A stretch of DNA of 64,000 bases from Mitosporidium daphniae (lineage: Eukaryota), in contig NW_013546722.1 in assembly GCF_000760515.2 (NCBI RefSeq), forward strand, positions 1 to 64,000, given 5' to 3'. The notes under the pieces were generated by a model. That model did no database searches and was not told the DNA's origin. It worked only from the letters and a program-made list of their open reading frames with translations. Positions 32,226-43,432 of this stretch are shown piece by piece. Position numbers and translations under genes: made by a program. Within the stretch, counting starts at the first letter, position 1; the number at the start of each line of letters is the position of its first letter.

Positions 32226-34909
32226 TTAATTAAGATCATTGTTCGAAGTAGCAGGTTGGAAATTGATACCATGGAGGAAGCGGGTGATGGCAACGACCAG
32301 TGCATGTTGAGCACGCACTCCGTCTAGCGCATGACCTTCGCCGGGAAAGCAGAGAAGTTTGGGTGCGATCCCAGAGATGGACTGCGAAAAGCGAATGCCA
32401 TTCAATGGCGGAACGCGGCGATCCTCCAAGCCAACCAATATCAAAAGCCGGCGACGAGCCATTGGCGCTGCTCTAATGGGTGAACGAACCCAAAGTTCAT
32501 CGTATTGCTTGGCCGTGGTCAGCTTAGAAAAATCTCCTGCAAGAGGCAAACCTGCCTCGTTGGTGGCCCACTCTGGAATGTCCGAGTTGCAAAGCAAAAG
32601 CGTAAGGTCTGTCACCGGATTGATCAAGATCAGCCCTGCAAAGGGGCATCGATCTCCGGGTGACTCGCTTTGCGACTTTAATTTTCTTGGCTCCTCAGAC
32701 GGGTATTTGGAAGTGCAGCCAGTAGCAAGCCAGGCGCCAATATATCCGCCGTGGGACCCGCCCATGTAAAAAAGGCGTTTCGGATCGATGGGAAATTCGG
32801 TTAATGCCCACTCGGCCACAAACTACACTTGTCAATCATGGGAAGGTATACAAACTTTGACCTGTTGCACATCAAGCTCGCCAATTCGGCCAAGCAGAAA
32901 GGAGAGCGAGGCCATGTCGTAACTAGAGGAGCCCGTATAATTGACTATGAATTATCAATCAACAAGCCAAACCAAAAAGAAGCATATATCCTTCACTAAG
33001 AAGATGATCATAAGTACGGCTCCATTCAGATGCATACGCGGAATGCGGGCCGCCGTGTGCTATCACTATGAGTGGCGAATTTGAGCTGATATTTTCCTTT
33101 GTATTGAGGCCTGTCTCTAAATACTTGGCTTCCAAGCCTGTCTGCAACGCTATGTCTTTGTCGACAAGAAGAACATCGAGCACAATTGGTGCACTGATAT
33201 ACTCTGGAAAAGCCGCTTGGAATTGATGGCCAAGGTCGAAGCGCCTGCAACGCCATTTCTCAGATAAAGTGCAAGGAGAAAGCTTCCAAATACGTTGGGG
33301 CAGGAATGAAGATATGCTCTTGCGATCAGTATCATGATCAAGGGTCAAGACATGACTTTGGACTGTAACGTCTGGACGGCTTGGGACCTCAAAAGCAACC
33401 ATATGAGGTGGCATGCCGAAAGAAGAGCATTGTCCAATGCCAATCATCACTGATCGAGAGCCCTCAAGAAGAATAGCATCCAATACGTTAAATGAAGAAA
33501 GGGGCCCGTTATATGGTGAAACAATAGGAAAAACTATACGTCGTTGCGTGTCAATGAGAACGGAAATCTATCCTGTAAATGAACTTTCCTACCTTCTGGA
33601 AGGCAACATGACAACCCAATATAATCATACCGCCAATCGTATAATTAAAGAGTGGCCTTGCGTGAAACAAGGTCTGCAAATTGAGATCTGCGAAATTCAT
33701 ATCAGGTGCAAAAGGAAAAAGCGTAATTGAGGGGGTATCCTCTCCATTTCGAATCTATCGTCAATAATAAAGGGCAGTTATTACACTTCCAACAATAAGC
33801 GATTGAGCACTGTAGTGCGCATCAATAAATCTTGACTGTAGCAGAAAAAATCCTCCCTTTCCAGCGGTAACAAGCGCTGTGAAATTAATTCCCTTTTCGA
33901 CTATTTGGGCGACAATGGCGGGTGAGCGGCGATCAATTTTAGAGCTAGGAGCTTGGCCATTACGGGCCGTGATGTGCAATTTAGGACTACAATCTTCATT
34001 TTGTTTTGGAAACCCCGGATCTAGTAGAAAAAGATTGCTCTCTCGGTTATTGCAATAGGCAAGACCGAGCATAATAGGAGCTGGGGCCAGCATATTCGCC
34101 AAAATCAGCTGTCTACCAACGTGTTCCACCCAAATAGCCTAAAGTAAGGGAAGCGAACAACCTCAACCACATAACCACATTTATCTGGAAGCATGATATC
34201 AGTAACGAGTCCTGTAGAAATATCTGCGACAAATAGACATGGACGTCTGCGGCCCACGAATCGTTCACCAAAATCTGGCCGGTAGCGATGTCGACCAACA
34301 ATTGGATCTTCGCAGCCCTGATCAGGCTGACCCTTTTCCAGACAGTACTCATCCAAATGATCCGTCCCCTGATTGTCTTTAAAAAATTCTACGCCCTCTG
34401 CAACGTAAAGGAAACAATTTTCGTCGAAAGACCATGATGGTGCAGGTGAAAAGGGGTCTGCAGGAAAGTTCAACGCATAGCTTACTTTGAAAGTAAAAGG
34501 GGCCGTGGTCTACTTCGATCGTTATGGGCGTTCCCGTAGCATCGCAGCGTGATACTCGCATCCAGCGGGTGGGTTTGGTCTCCTCAAGTTGTACTCTGTT
34601 GGTAGCCTCGAAAAAGGAGACCAGATATTTGCGCGAAGGCGAGTATGAGTGGGAACAGCACCACTGGTCCGTTCTTAGAATTGGACCATAAATTGACTGA
34701 GTATCTGCCGATGGCAGGACAGTGCGATCATTAGCTCTACTAGCGAGTAGATGTGTGCTTGATTGAGAAAGTTTTATTCGTGCATTTTCGCGCAATGAGT
34801 GCTCGTCAAAGGAAACATTAATGGAACACATTATTGTTGATCCATCTCCGAGGATAGAGCATCCTGAGATTGCCCCTGCGGTTTGGAGTGGTCCGAGATC
34901 AAGCGACAT
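32226..34909 (-). CDS. Acylamino-acid-releasing enzyme / S9C serine peptidase (about six introns)
   Basis: HGGPH, nucleophile GGSHGG, EDRRVP (Asp), GEGHAL (His). Exons checked across 33484-33790 join in frame. Confidence 0.88.
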
Positions 34910-34966
34910 TACTGGCAATCTCAAATAAATTTTAGGCGGGAAAAGATGACATTTGTACTTTTACGT

Positions 34967-35050
34967 TAAATTAAAATCCGAATGGAGTTCGTTGTAAATT
35001 AAAATTCTAATGGGGTTCTTTTTAAATTAAAGTCCGAATGTAATTCCCCA
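34967..35050. repeat. Three imperfect 28-bp tandem repeats in a divergent promoter
   Basis: taaattaaaatccgaatggagttcgttg / taaattaaaattctaatggggttctttt / taaattaaagtccgaatgtaattcccca. Confidence 0.85.
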
Positions 35051-35120
35051 CAGGGCGCCAAACAACACATCTGATTGCAGTTGTGTGCATTACACTTTCA
35101 AATTTTTATTTTCTCCCTCA

Positions 35121-37467
35121 ATGCTCGACGATAGGGGAGGTGCCGGTGATCTAATCTCGACGCTCTTTGACTCTTCAGATGTGGAGCGCTTGATTGTCGA
35201 AAGCATAAACGGATTTGGACTGCCAGCGTGGCCTCTAGAACAACTTCACAAAATTGGGGCCGATTTCAAAGGGAAACCCTCCAAGGAGGAGACATTTTTG
35301 AAAGCCAATGCAAATTCGGCCGTCAATAATACACCACCAGAAGACTTTTCAGAAGATGTCGAAGAATTTGCTCGGCAATTTGGCCTCGATAAGCTGGAAG
35401 ATCCTAATTTTTTGGAGGGTGCCGATAGCAAGCCTCTCTCCACATCTAGTGGTCCTGTAGATACCCAAAAAGCACTAAACAATGTCGAAGCCATCAACCA
35501 TTCATCAAGCTCGGCGACCGGGTGCTGGCAGCCGTTTAGCGCGTCGGATGCTATCTTGGACTCTGTCCTCACCTCGGCGGTAAGCAGTTCAGATCAGCTT
35601 CTTTCCTTTTTGGAGGAAAAAGGCATCAATAGCTCCCCGATCGTAAATCAGCGTCTTGCTGCTGATCAGACACCATCAACCCCATCCTCCTCGTTCCGAA
35701 CGATTTCCAGAATGGCGTTCAGTTCACCTCCCAGTAGCATTGGTACACTTTCTTTCTCCATAAAAGCGGGACGAATCATGTCTTCAAAGCGTGAAGAAGA
35801 AGAAAAGCTTGGGATATTCCGCACACCCAGCTCCAAGCGACGGTTGGATTTTCTCAATGCAAAGCCAGTCTTGGAGGATGATGCCGAGATCAAGCGTACA
35901 AAGGAACCAAGTAGGTTGACTGTTGGCCGCGCCGATGAGGGCGTTCTTTTGATGAAGGAAAATATTGATCCAGTTGGAATCGGATCTCCCCCGCCAGTGA
36001 ATACGACTCCACGATCGCCGTTTGCAGAGGTCAATAACAATCCCTCGGCGCGCCCACGTTCACATTCTTTGCTTACGCAGTTTTATACTGCAAATGACCC
36101 CAATTTTGTGTCGATGGAAAAACTTTGCAAAAATTTGCTTCCTGTTGGATCCGTTCCATACGAGCAGGAAGAGGATCCTGTTGATGCAGAGTATCGAAAA
36201 TTTATCAGCGACACTCTTTCACCAACTTCAGATAAAGATGAGACAGCAGAAGATGATGAAGATGATGAGGTTTTTGAAGTAGCCGCTTCTGACCTCGTCC
36301 ACATCAAACGAGCACCCTCTTCCTGTGGCCAGGTGGGGTATCGCATTAAAGAACGAGAGCTCAATGGGCTTATTGCGGATTGCCACCAAATCATTTCGGC
36401 AGACTCGATAAATTCACCGTTCCAGAAATTGGAGTTCCAACCTTCAGATCAAGGTTTTGCCGTGCCAGCGGTAGAAGGGGGAACTGCAAAGCAAGCTTCC
36501 ACACCTGAAAAGCTCCTTACTAGGGTCACTCTGCTAATCCAAATCCATGTCCAGCTTCTTTTTCAGCAGTTTGTTCTGTGTGCAACGCTTGCTTCTGGAT
36601 GCGAAGAGGCGGCCTCTATGGCTAAAATTGTCTATTCAATGCTTGCCGAGTTACGGATGGAAGGTGAGCGTTCACTGACGATGCTCGGACGATTGCTACT
36701 ACCTGATGCGGCCCCCCCTTCTCATTTGCCCAATATGTTGGGCGCTACAGCCATACAAGAGCTTTCTGGGGGGTTTGAAGCTCCTACACATTATGGCTCC
36801 CGGTTTCCAGGGCCTAGCTTGGCTTCTGTTTTCATGGTACCAGGGCTAGAGCGGCTTGCAATGCTACGACCGACACTTGATAAACTTGGGTTGGTGGCAA
36901 TTTCTCCGCCAATAAACTCCAGCTGTAACCCCACACTGCGGGAAGGACCGCGGGACCTTCCTTCAATGATGCAGGTGCTTTTCACACTACTGGGACCAAC
37001 TTTGCTGGAACAATGGAAGTGCCTTCCTTTTAAATCAGGTAAGTGTCGATTTTGACTTTAGATGTCACCGAGCGGATTCGCTTTCTTGATGCGGAGGATC
37101 GGCTACTGCTCCGAGGCCTTTGTAAATATGGCACAACAAGCTGGGTAAGGATCCATGCTGAGCTAGTGCCAACCAAGCTACCCAAGCAGCTCGCTACTAG
37201 ATACAAAAATCTTATTTCTCGGACAACGCCACCGAATCCTGTAAAGGACTTTTATTTTCGGCAGTTTCTGCCCCTCTCCACAGATGAACGCCGCATATTA
37301 TTGCATGTAACTTGGCTCATTTATGGTAGGGTGTCCAAAAGCATGGCCTCGAGTTTGATGTGATTGCGGCAGAGATGTTACCGCATCGCTCCCCAGCGTT
37401 CTTGCGGCGGTGGTGGCTAGAGCAGCATCAGGCTGATTCCGGAAGAGGAATTTTACAAGCCCATTAG
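35121..37467 (+). CDS. GON4L-like Myb/SANT-domain protein (introns 37039-37061, 37307-37329)
   Basis: QIHVQLL.Q helix. F..AED.LL..GL.KYG...I...L.P.K..KQL..R.KN.......NP.K SANT-like repeat, followed by a second repeat. Confidence 0.7.
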
Positions 37468-37668
37468 GGTTGGGGTTAAACCCTCGGGCTCACTGAACCC
37501 CATCGAAACTATACTCGATTGCAATCTCAACACCAGTGCCGACAAGCAATTTTCATTAAAATTTTGTCTTTTAATTCAACTTCAAATAATTGTTTTAATT
37601 TACAAATTGGTGGCGATTGGTGCGCTTGGCATTAAATTTTCGGAATTCATTGGGTCCATTCTGCTACC

Positions 37669-40473
37669 ATGTTTGCGTCGACAGCCTATGAAGGGGACCG
37701 CCCCGACTCTTCTGATATAGACCAATCCAACCTACAGACAATTCTGGAAATCCCAAAAATGCTTCCGGAAAAAATCCAAAAAGAGCCTGCCACTGGCGGT
37801 GACTCACTACTCCGTGCTCAGCGCATGTCACTGGTGCAGCTTTATCTGCCCGTAGATATAGCCAAAGAATCCATCGCAGCAATTGGATCCATCTCATGCT
37901 TTCAGTTTCGAAATCTAAATGAAGATAAACCTCTTAACATGCTATTGTATGCCGGCGAAATGCAACAACTAGACGACTGCGAGCGACGTTTAACACTTCT
38001 CGCCAAAGAAGCAGAATCGATGGGGCTTTGGCAGATCTCCGAAATCTCGCTAAAAGAAGCAGCAGCAGCAGCTTCGTCCGTCATTAACGGCGAAGATGCC
38101 AAAACGGCATCGCGACGATCAGCGGGGTTGCCTGGAACAATGGCCAATCCGTTCTCCCCCATTACCATGCTGCCAGCTTCGCTGCAGGAACTTTATGATC
38201 AACTTTCGGAGCTGGAAAAACGAATTCTACAGCTAAAGTCTTCTGAGGGGGAACTACGCGAGCGCCAACGCGAATTGATTTCGCGTTCAGCTGTGCTGAC
38301 AGAAGCTGAGCGGCTTTTTTCTGAAGAGCGGCCGCATGCTGACATTGATGTAGATAGCTCAGTGCATAAAGGATCAGACCTCCTGACTAGCGCAATAGGT
38401 GCCATTTCAAGCGATTCGCCAAATTTTCTTGGATTTGTCGGAGGCATCATTGATCACTCAAAAAGCGCTGTGCTGCAAGGGATACTTTGGCGCGCTTTGC
38501 GTGGACATCTTTTCATGAGAGTGATTGACGCAACCGCACGAATTGAAGATGTATCGGACGATGTGAGAGGATCCGACCTTTTTGTGGTTGGCGCGAACGG
38601 CGCTGCTGCACTGGCCAAGGTGCGAAGGCTTGCGCTTTCACAAGGCGCCATCATTGTCTCCATTAGCGACAGCGATGCTGAACAGCGGGCCCAAGAGGCG
38701 GCCCAGGCTGCAAACGGGCTTCGCGAGCTTGAGGGTGTGCTAGCATCCACTGCTGCCACTAAAAGAAGCATGCTTGTGGGGCTCACATCTGCGCTACCTG
38801 TGTGGCGTGCTTTCGTGTTGAAAGAACGCGCACTCTTTTCTTCGCTTAATATGTGCCAACGCGAGGACGAGCATGAACGCCTGGGAGGCGCTACCTTGGC
38901 AGCCGCAGGTGGCTGCTTAGTAGCTGAGGGCTGGGCACCTACTTCGATGGTTGGAAAATTACACACTGCACTGGAACGCGCACGGGCTCGCACAGGAGCC
39001 CCCGTAGCTGGCCTCTGCTCAGAACTTGCGGCAATCCCGCTAGACAGGCACAGTGAAGAGAGCGAGTTAGCCCTGACGCCCCCAACGTCCTTTGTTTTGA
39101 ACAAATTCACAGGCCCTTTCCAAGATCTTATTAATGCCTATGGCACACCAACATATGGGGAAATCAATCCCGCGCTTTTTGTTCTCGTAACTTTTCCTTT
39201 TCTTTTTGCAGTGATGTTTGGTGATATTGGCCATGGATTTCTAGTTTTACTGGCCTCTGGGTACCTCATATTACGTGAGCGCAAATTAGAACGAGCACCG
39301 CTCATTGGCGGTGACATCTGGAGTTATGTCTTTGGAGGCCGTTACATTATCTTCCTGATGGGAGTCTGGTCTATTTATATCGGATTCATATACAACGATT
39401 GCTTTTCGCGCTGTCTCGCTATCTTTGGAACAGGCTGGGAATGGCCGACCGAAGAATCGCCAGGCGGGCCTTTGGTGGTTCCCATCCAAACTGGCGTCCC
39501 CTTTTTTGGCATAGACTCCTCCTGGGTGACTGCACAGAATTCTCTGGTTTTTTTCAATGCATACAAGACTAAACAAGCAATTTTGCTTGGTATCCTTCAG
39601 ATGCTCTTTGGGCTGATCATCTCCGCGTTCAATTATTCCTTTCGTGGCGACAGGCATTCATTTTTCGGCATTTTCTTACCGCAGTTCATCTTTTTAACGT
39701 GCACGTTTGGATATCTCGGAATTCTTTTCGTGGCCAAGTGGGTTGTACAGACACCCACATCGCCATCATTGCTTTTGATGTTTGTAGACATGTTCTTGTC
39801 GCCGGGTAATGTCGATCCTACGCGAAGGTTTTATTCGGGCCAGGAGCTCGTTCAGGGCCTTTTGGTGATCGTCGCGCTACTTTGTATCCCTTGGATGCTG
39901 CTTTACCGTCCGCTTGCCCTTCATTTTGATGCCAAAAAGGCTGCTATGAAAGCTCAAAAGAAAAGCCCTTCTAACAAGGACATACCGCCTTGTAATTTTT
40001 CGCCTAATAGTGTTCTTCAGCATTCAGATGTTAGTAGCCCCAAGAACACGCTCGATACCCACAAGGATGAAGACACGGAGTTTTCCTTGGCAGATGAACT
40101 ATTACATTCCGGTATCCACACAATTGAGTTCTCTCTCGCATCAATCTCAAATACAGCCTCATACCTACGGCTTTGGGCGCTCTCGTTGGCGCATGCACAG
40201 CTTTCAGAGGTGCTTTGGGACTTGATTGTGGAGTTTGCCGCTTCTGGGCCCATTATTGGCGTCATAGTTTTCATTTGTTGGTTTTCGCTAACGATCGCCA
40301 TTTTAGTGGCGATGGAGGGCCTTTCCGCATTTTTGCATGCCCTGAGGCTGCACTGGATCGAGTTCAATAGCAAATTCTTCCTGGGCGAGGGTAAGCCATT
40401 TGAACCGCTTTCTCTTCCTGCCGTGCTCTCTCGGGATGCCATCCGCCGCTTTGACCCTGATGATGGCGAGTAG
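37669..40473 (+). CDS. VPH1: V-type ATPase V0 subunit a
   Basis: YGEINP, TFPFLFAVMFGD.GHG, IHTIEF.L..ISNTASYLRLWALSLAHAQLS, LHALRLHW.EF.SKF. Confidence 0.97.
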   Translation: MFASTAYEGDRPDSSDIDQSNLQTILEIPKMLPEKIQKEPATGGDSLLRAQRMSLVQLYLPVDIAKESIAAIGSISCFQFRNLNEDKPLNMLLYAGEMQQLDDCERRLTLLAKEAESMGLWQISEISLKEAAAAASSVINGEDAKTASRRSAGLPGTMANPFSPITMLPASLQELYDQLSELEKRILQLKSSEGELRERQRELISRSAVLTEAERLFSEERPHADIDVDSSVHKGSDLLTSAIGAISSDSPNFLGFVGGIIDHSKSAVLQGILWRALRGHLFMRVIDATARIEDVSDDVRGSDLFVVGANGAAALAKVRRLALSQGAIIVSISDSDAEQRAQEAAQAANGLRELEGVLASTAATKRSMLVGLTSALPVWRAFVLKERALFSSLNMCQREDEHERLGGATLAAAGGCLVAEGWAPTSMVGKLHTALERARARTGAPVAGLCSELAAIPLDRHSEESELALTPPTSFVLNKFTGPFQDLINAYGTPTYGEINPALFVLVTFPFLFAVMFGDIGHGFLVLLASGYLILRERKLERAPLIGGDIWSYVFGGRYIIFLMGVWSIYIGFIYNDCFSRCLAIFGTGWEWPTEESPGGPLVVPIQTGVPFFGIDSSWVTAQNSLVFFNAYKTKQAILLGILQMLFGLIISAFNYSFRGDRHSFFGIFLPQFIFLTCTFGYLGILFVAKWVVQTPTSPSLLLMFVDMFLSPGNVDPTRRFYSGQELVQGLLVIVALLCIPWMLLYRPLALHFDAKKAAMKAQKKSPSNKDIPPCNFSPNSVLQHSDVSSPKNTLDTHKDEDTEFSLADELLHSGIHTIEFSLASISNTASYLRLWALSLAHAQLSEVLWDLIVEFAASGPIIGVIVFICWFSLTIAILVAMEGLSAFLHALRLHWIEFNSKFFLGEGKPFEPLSLPAVLSRDAIRRFDPDDGE

Positions 40474-40615
40474 AGCAAATAAAGATTAAAAACTGCTTGA
40501 TGCGCTGGAAAGATTTCTCCAACAATACTTGTGGCAAACAAAATCCCGAGGGAAGGGATTCACCTGATCGATCCGATCCCTGATCAACATACGTGTTCGG
40601 AATTTATTTTCCAAA

Positions 40616-41785
40616 ATGTCGATGGAGGCGATTTTGGTATTCCCATTGACGGGCGTTGAGGAGGCTTTTCCATTGCCAAAGCCTGCCCTGCTCGGGAAAC
40701 TACCTCCCTGGGAGTATGATCCTGTCGAAGACCTCATCAAGACGTTTATCGTGCTTTTTAACGAGTATAATTTGGTTGTTACAGATTCTCCATTACAGAC
40801 ACTGTTGCATGTGCGTGAAGGCCGTCAGGCCCCAACCCCAGACACCGTCGCGGCAATAGCTGCTCAATGCTCAAATTGGATGGCACAGCATGTTTTATTG
40901 CGGGATGTGGCGCGAAAAACGCCTAGCGGTACCTTGCTCGACCTTGTCGCCGATCAGTGTTATATCCGCGTTGAACAGCAATTGAACCTTTTTTCTTCCA
41001 GGCGGGCTAGTCTGCGATCACCCCGCGGGTTACCTGAGCTCACATATGGCGAGCTAAACAGCATGCTTGTTCGCGAGCTGATTCTTGACAAATATTGCAA
41101 CGAAGGGAGTTTCTTTGTCGATTTTGGGTCCGGAATAGGAAATGTCGTTCTGTTGGCTGCAATGAAATGCGCTAGGGCCGTTGGCGTGGAGTGTCAACCG
41201 CATCTGCATCAATTTGCGGTTGCTTACAAGAAGGCAATGGCAGAGAAGCTTGCTGCAGTTGGCTTCTATGAATATTCCAAAAAGGTTTCATGGGACACCC
41301 AGTTGATTTTGGGCGATTTTCTTTCAGATGCAGTGCCTCTTGAGCTATTGCGGAATGCCGATCTTGTACTTGTGAATAATTTGACTTTTCCACCCACACT
41401 CAATCACAACCTTGTCTTACGGTTTCTCGATCTGAAGGCGGGGGCATATGTGATCTCCTTGGTGCCCCTTCTGCGGACTAGGGTCAATTTTGGTACTACC
41501 GGGACAACCTCAAGCGTCACTTTGAGCTCCAGTGCCGAGGAAACTTGCCCACGCACTGGCACCCGGTCCAAGTTCAAGAGCACAATCAAAGCTCAAGGGC
41601 CTGCTACATCACGGCGTGCTAATCATAACCCTAGCCTTGCGCCGACCTTCAGTGGCAACGACATCGCCGCAGCCATTTTCGAGCCCCATGTCGAGCGTAT
41701 TCCCTATGGCGCAGGGATGGTTTCCTGGGCAGCGGCCGCAGGCACTCTTTTCGTGCACCGTGTCAAAGTAAAACCGCTCTACTAA
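40616..41785 (+). CDS. DOT1: Histone H3K79 methyltransferase Dot1
   Basis: YGEL, FVDFGSGIGNVV, GVE, GDFL, LVNN..F...LN motifs. Confidence 0.85.
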   Translation: MSMEAILVFPLTGVEEAFPLPKPALLGKLPPWEYDPVEDLIKTFIVLFNEYNLVVTDSPLQTLLHVREGRQAPTPDTVAAIAAQCSNWMAQHVLLRDVARKTPSGTLLDLVADQCYIRVEQQLNLFSSRRASLRSPRGLPELTYGELNSMLVRELILDKYCNEGSFFVDFGSGIGNVVLLAAMKCARAVGVECQPHLHQFAVAYKKAMAEKLAAVGFYEYSKKVSWDTQLILGDFLSDAVPLELLRNADLVLVNNLTFPPTLNHNLVLRFLDLKAGAYVISLVPLLRTRVNFGTTGTTSSVTLSSSAEETCPRTGTRSKFKSTIKAQGPATSRRANHNPSLAPTFSGNDIAAAIFEPHVERIPYGAGMVSWAAAAGTLFVHRVKVKPLY

Positions 41786-41813
41786 AGCATCTGATATTTT
41801 TGATTTATTTTGC

Positions 41814-42476
41814 ATGCTTGAGGGAACTAATGCTGCATCATTACTCGCCAATTTTAAAGGTGTATCAGCTCGTTTTACCGTAGATCTTCTCTGCTTTGAG
41901 GAGAGATTGCGACAGAACTACGCGGCCCTAGCGCGGCTTCGGCGGCGCCACCTAGGTAAGTATGTGACGAAACGCCATCATTTCTAGGCGAACCATCGGC
42001 GATCATATGTAGCATACTTTATTCTTGCACTTGCAATGCTGATAAGCGTCGTCCTATGGTACTTCTACTTCCGTGCATTCGCCACGCGGGTGGCTGCTTT
42101 CGGATTAACAAGCGTCAACAGCGCGTCCGACTCCACTTCGTCTTTGATTTTACGGACCGCAGATTGGATTGTGAGTGGCATCGCTGTTGTCGCGCTGATC
42201 ATTATAGCAATTTTAGTATATCTCCGCTATTGGAGTGTATCTATTTCTAGTGCGCGTAAGTTTGAGCGTCAGCTGCAAAAAAGTCTCACAGACTATGGGA
42301 TGGCCCTGCGGGAGGATGGAGCCGGATCTCGAAAGTCTGTCGCAGGCTCTACAGCATGGGGGCCACGGCTTGTCTTTTCTGCAGAAACAGCTGCGCCCAA
42401 GTGGCGCGAGGCGTGGGACCTTTATCGCGAAGAAGCGTTTCGCCGTCGTTTCGTCTCCACGGATAAGGCCAGATAG
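41814..42476 (+). CDS. SPO7: Nem1-Spo7 phosphatase regulatory subunit Spo7 (2 introns)
   Basis: Spliced FKDLLCFEERLRQNY..L.RLRRRH, two TM helices, C-terminal WREAWDLYREE. Confidence 0.75.
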
Positions 42477-42633
42477 AGCGAGATGCTTCCAGATAATGCC
42501 AGATAACTCCAGTGATACACTTTGATAGCGATCCAGTAAATAGCTGATAAACAACTCAACATGAGCGATAAAAAATTGGCCGATTAATTGGCTTACATTG
42601 GAGACTCTGGTTTTTTAGCAAAGTTATCTTTCG

Positions 42634-43276
42634 ATGAGTACTTTCCCCTTTCTGTGCGAGGGCATCGTGGTGCATGGTTTTGGCCGCGGATCTTCAGAAC
42701 TAGGGATTCCAACAGGTGCACCTATTGACCTCATCTATAGCGAATCTGGACTCTGACTCCGTCAAGTCGATCGTGCAGCGAGGCCTCACAAAACCAGGTA
42801 CCACCCACCTGTGATTAGCAATTTGCGAGTGTTTTTTCTTTATCTTTCATCTTTATAACCGATCCAATTTACACATGTTTCATTGAGTATATGTTGGCTA
42901 ACTGTTTGCCGCTAGGCATCTACTATGGCTGGGCGAGGGTCCTGCCGGCCGCGACCATATATCCTATGGTGATGAGCAGTGGTTGGAATCCACACTATGA
43001 AAACGAGGAACGCTCGGTGGAGGTTCATCTTATCGATGTACTTTTGGAGCCTTTTTATGGGTCTAAACTTTGCATCGTCGTTTGTGGTTACCTGAGAGAA
43101 GAGAAGAAATATGTCAACAAAGGTGAATACGCAATGGCTAACAGGCGAATGACGGCGACGCCCCTGCATCATTGATCTCTAACCCTCTAGATGCACTTGT
43201 CAAAGATATTTACAACGATATCTCCAACGCCCGTGAGTTGCTTAAAACTAATGGAGATGCTGCTCTGTTACAATAA
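42634..43276 (+). CDS. FMN1: Riboflavin kinase (introns of 25, 118 and 68 nt)
   Basis: Spliced GFGRGSSELGIPTANL, GIYYGWA, MVMS.GWNP.Y.N, EVH, GYLR.E....DALV.DI..DI. Confidence 0.93.
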
Positions 43277-43432
43277 ACTGAATACTTGGTCGCAACCAAA
43301 AGCATCCCATTAAAAGTGCTTTTTTCTATCAAGATAAACAAGGCCTGGTCAGGCGAGGCGAGATAAGGTTTGCAAACATCAAGTCTATTTATAAAATGGA
43401 CCTGTTCACAGAGGAACAATAGCCAAGCTGGC

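Noticed and set aside
21488..34909. Fragmented ORFs of POL3, PRP21 and the S9C peptidase suggesting pseudogenes
   Set aside because: The breaks I checked are repaired in frame by short GT-AG introns.
34967..35050. CRISPR-like repeats
   Set aside because: The units abut with no spacers, the context is eukaryotic, and there are no cas genes.
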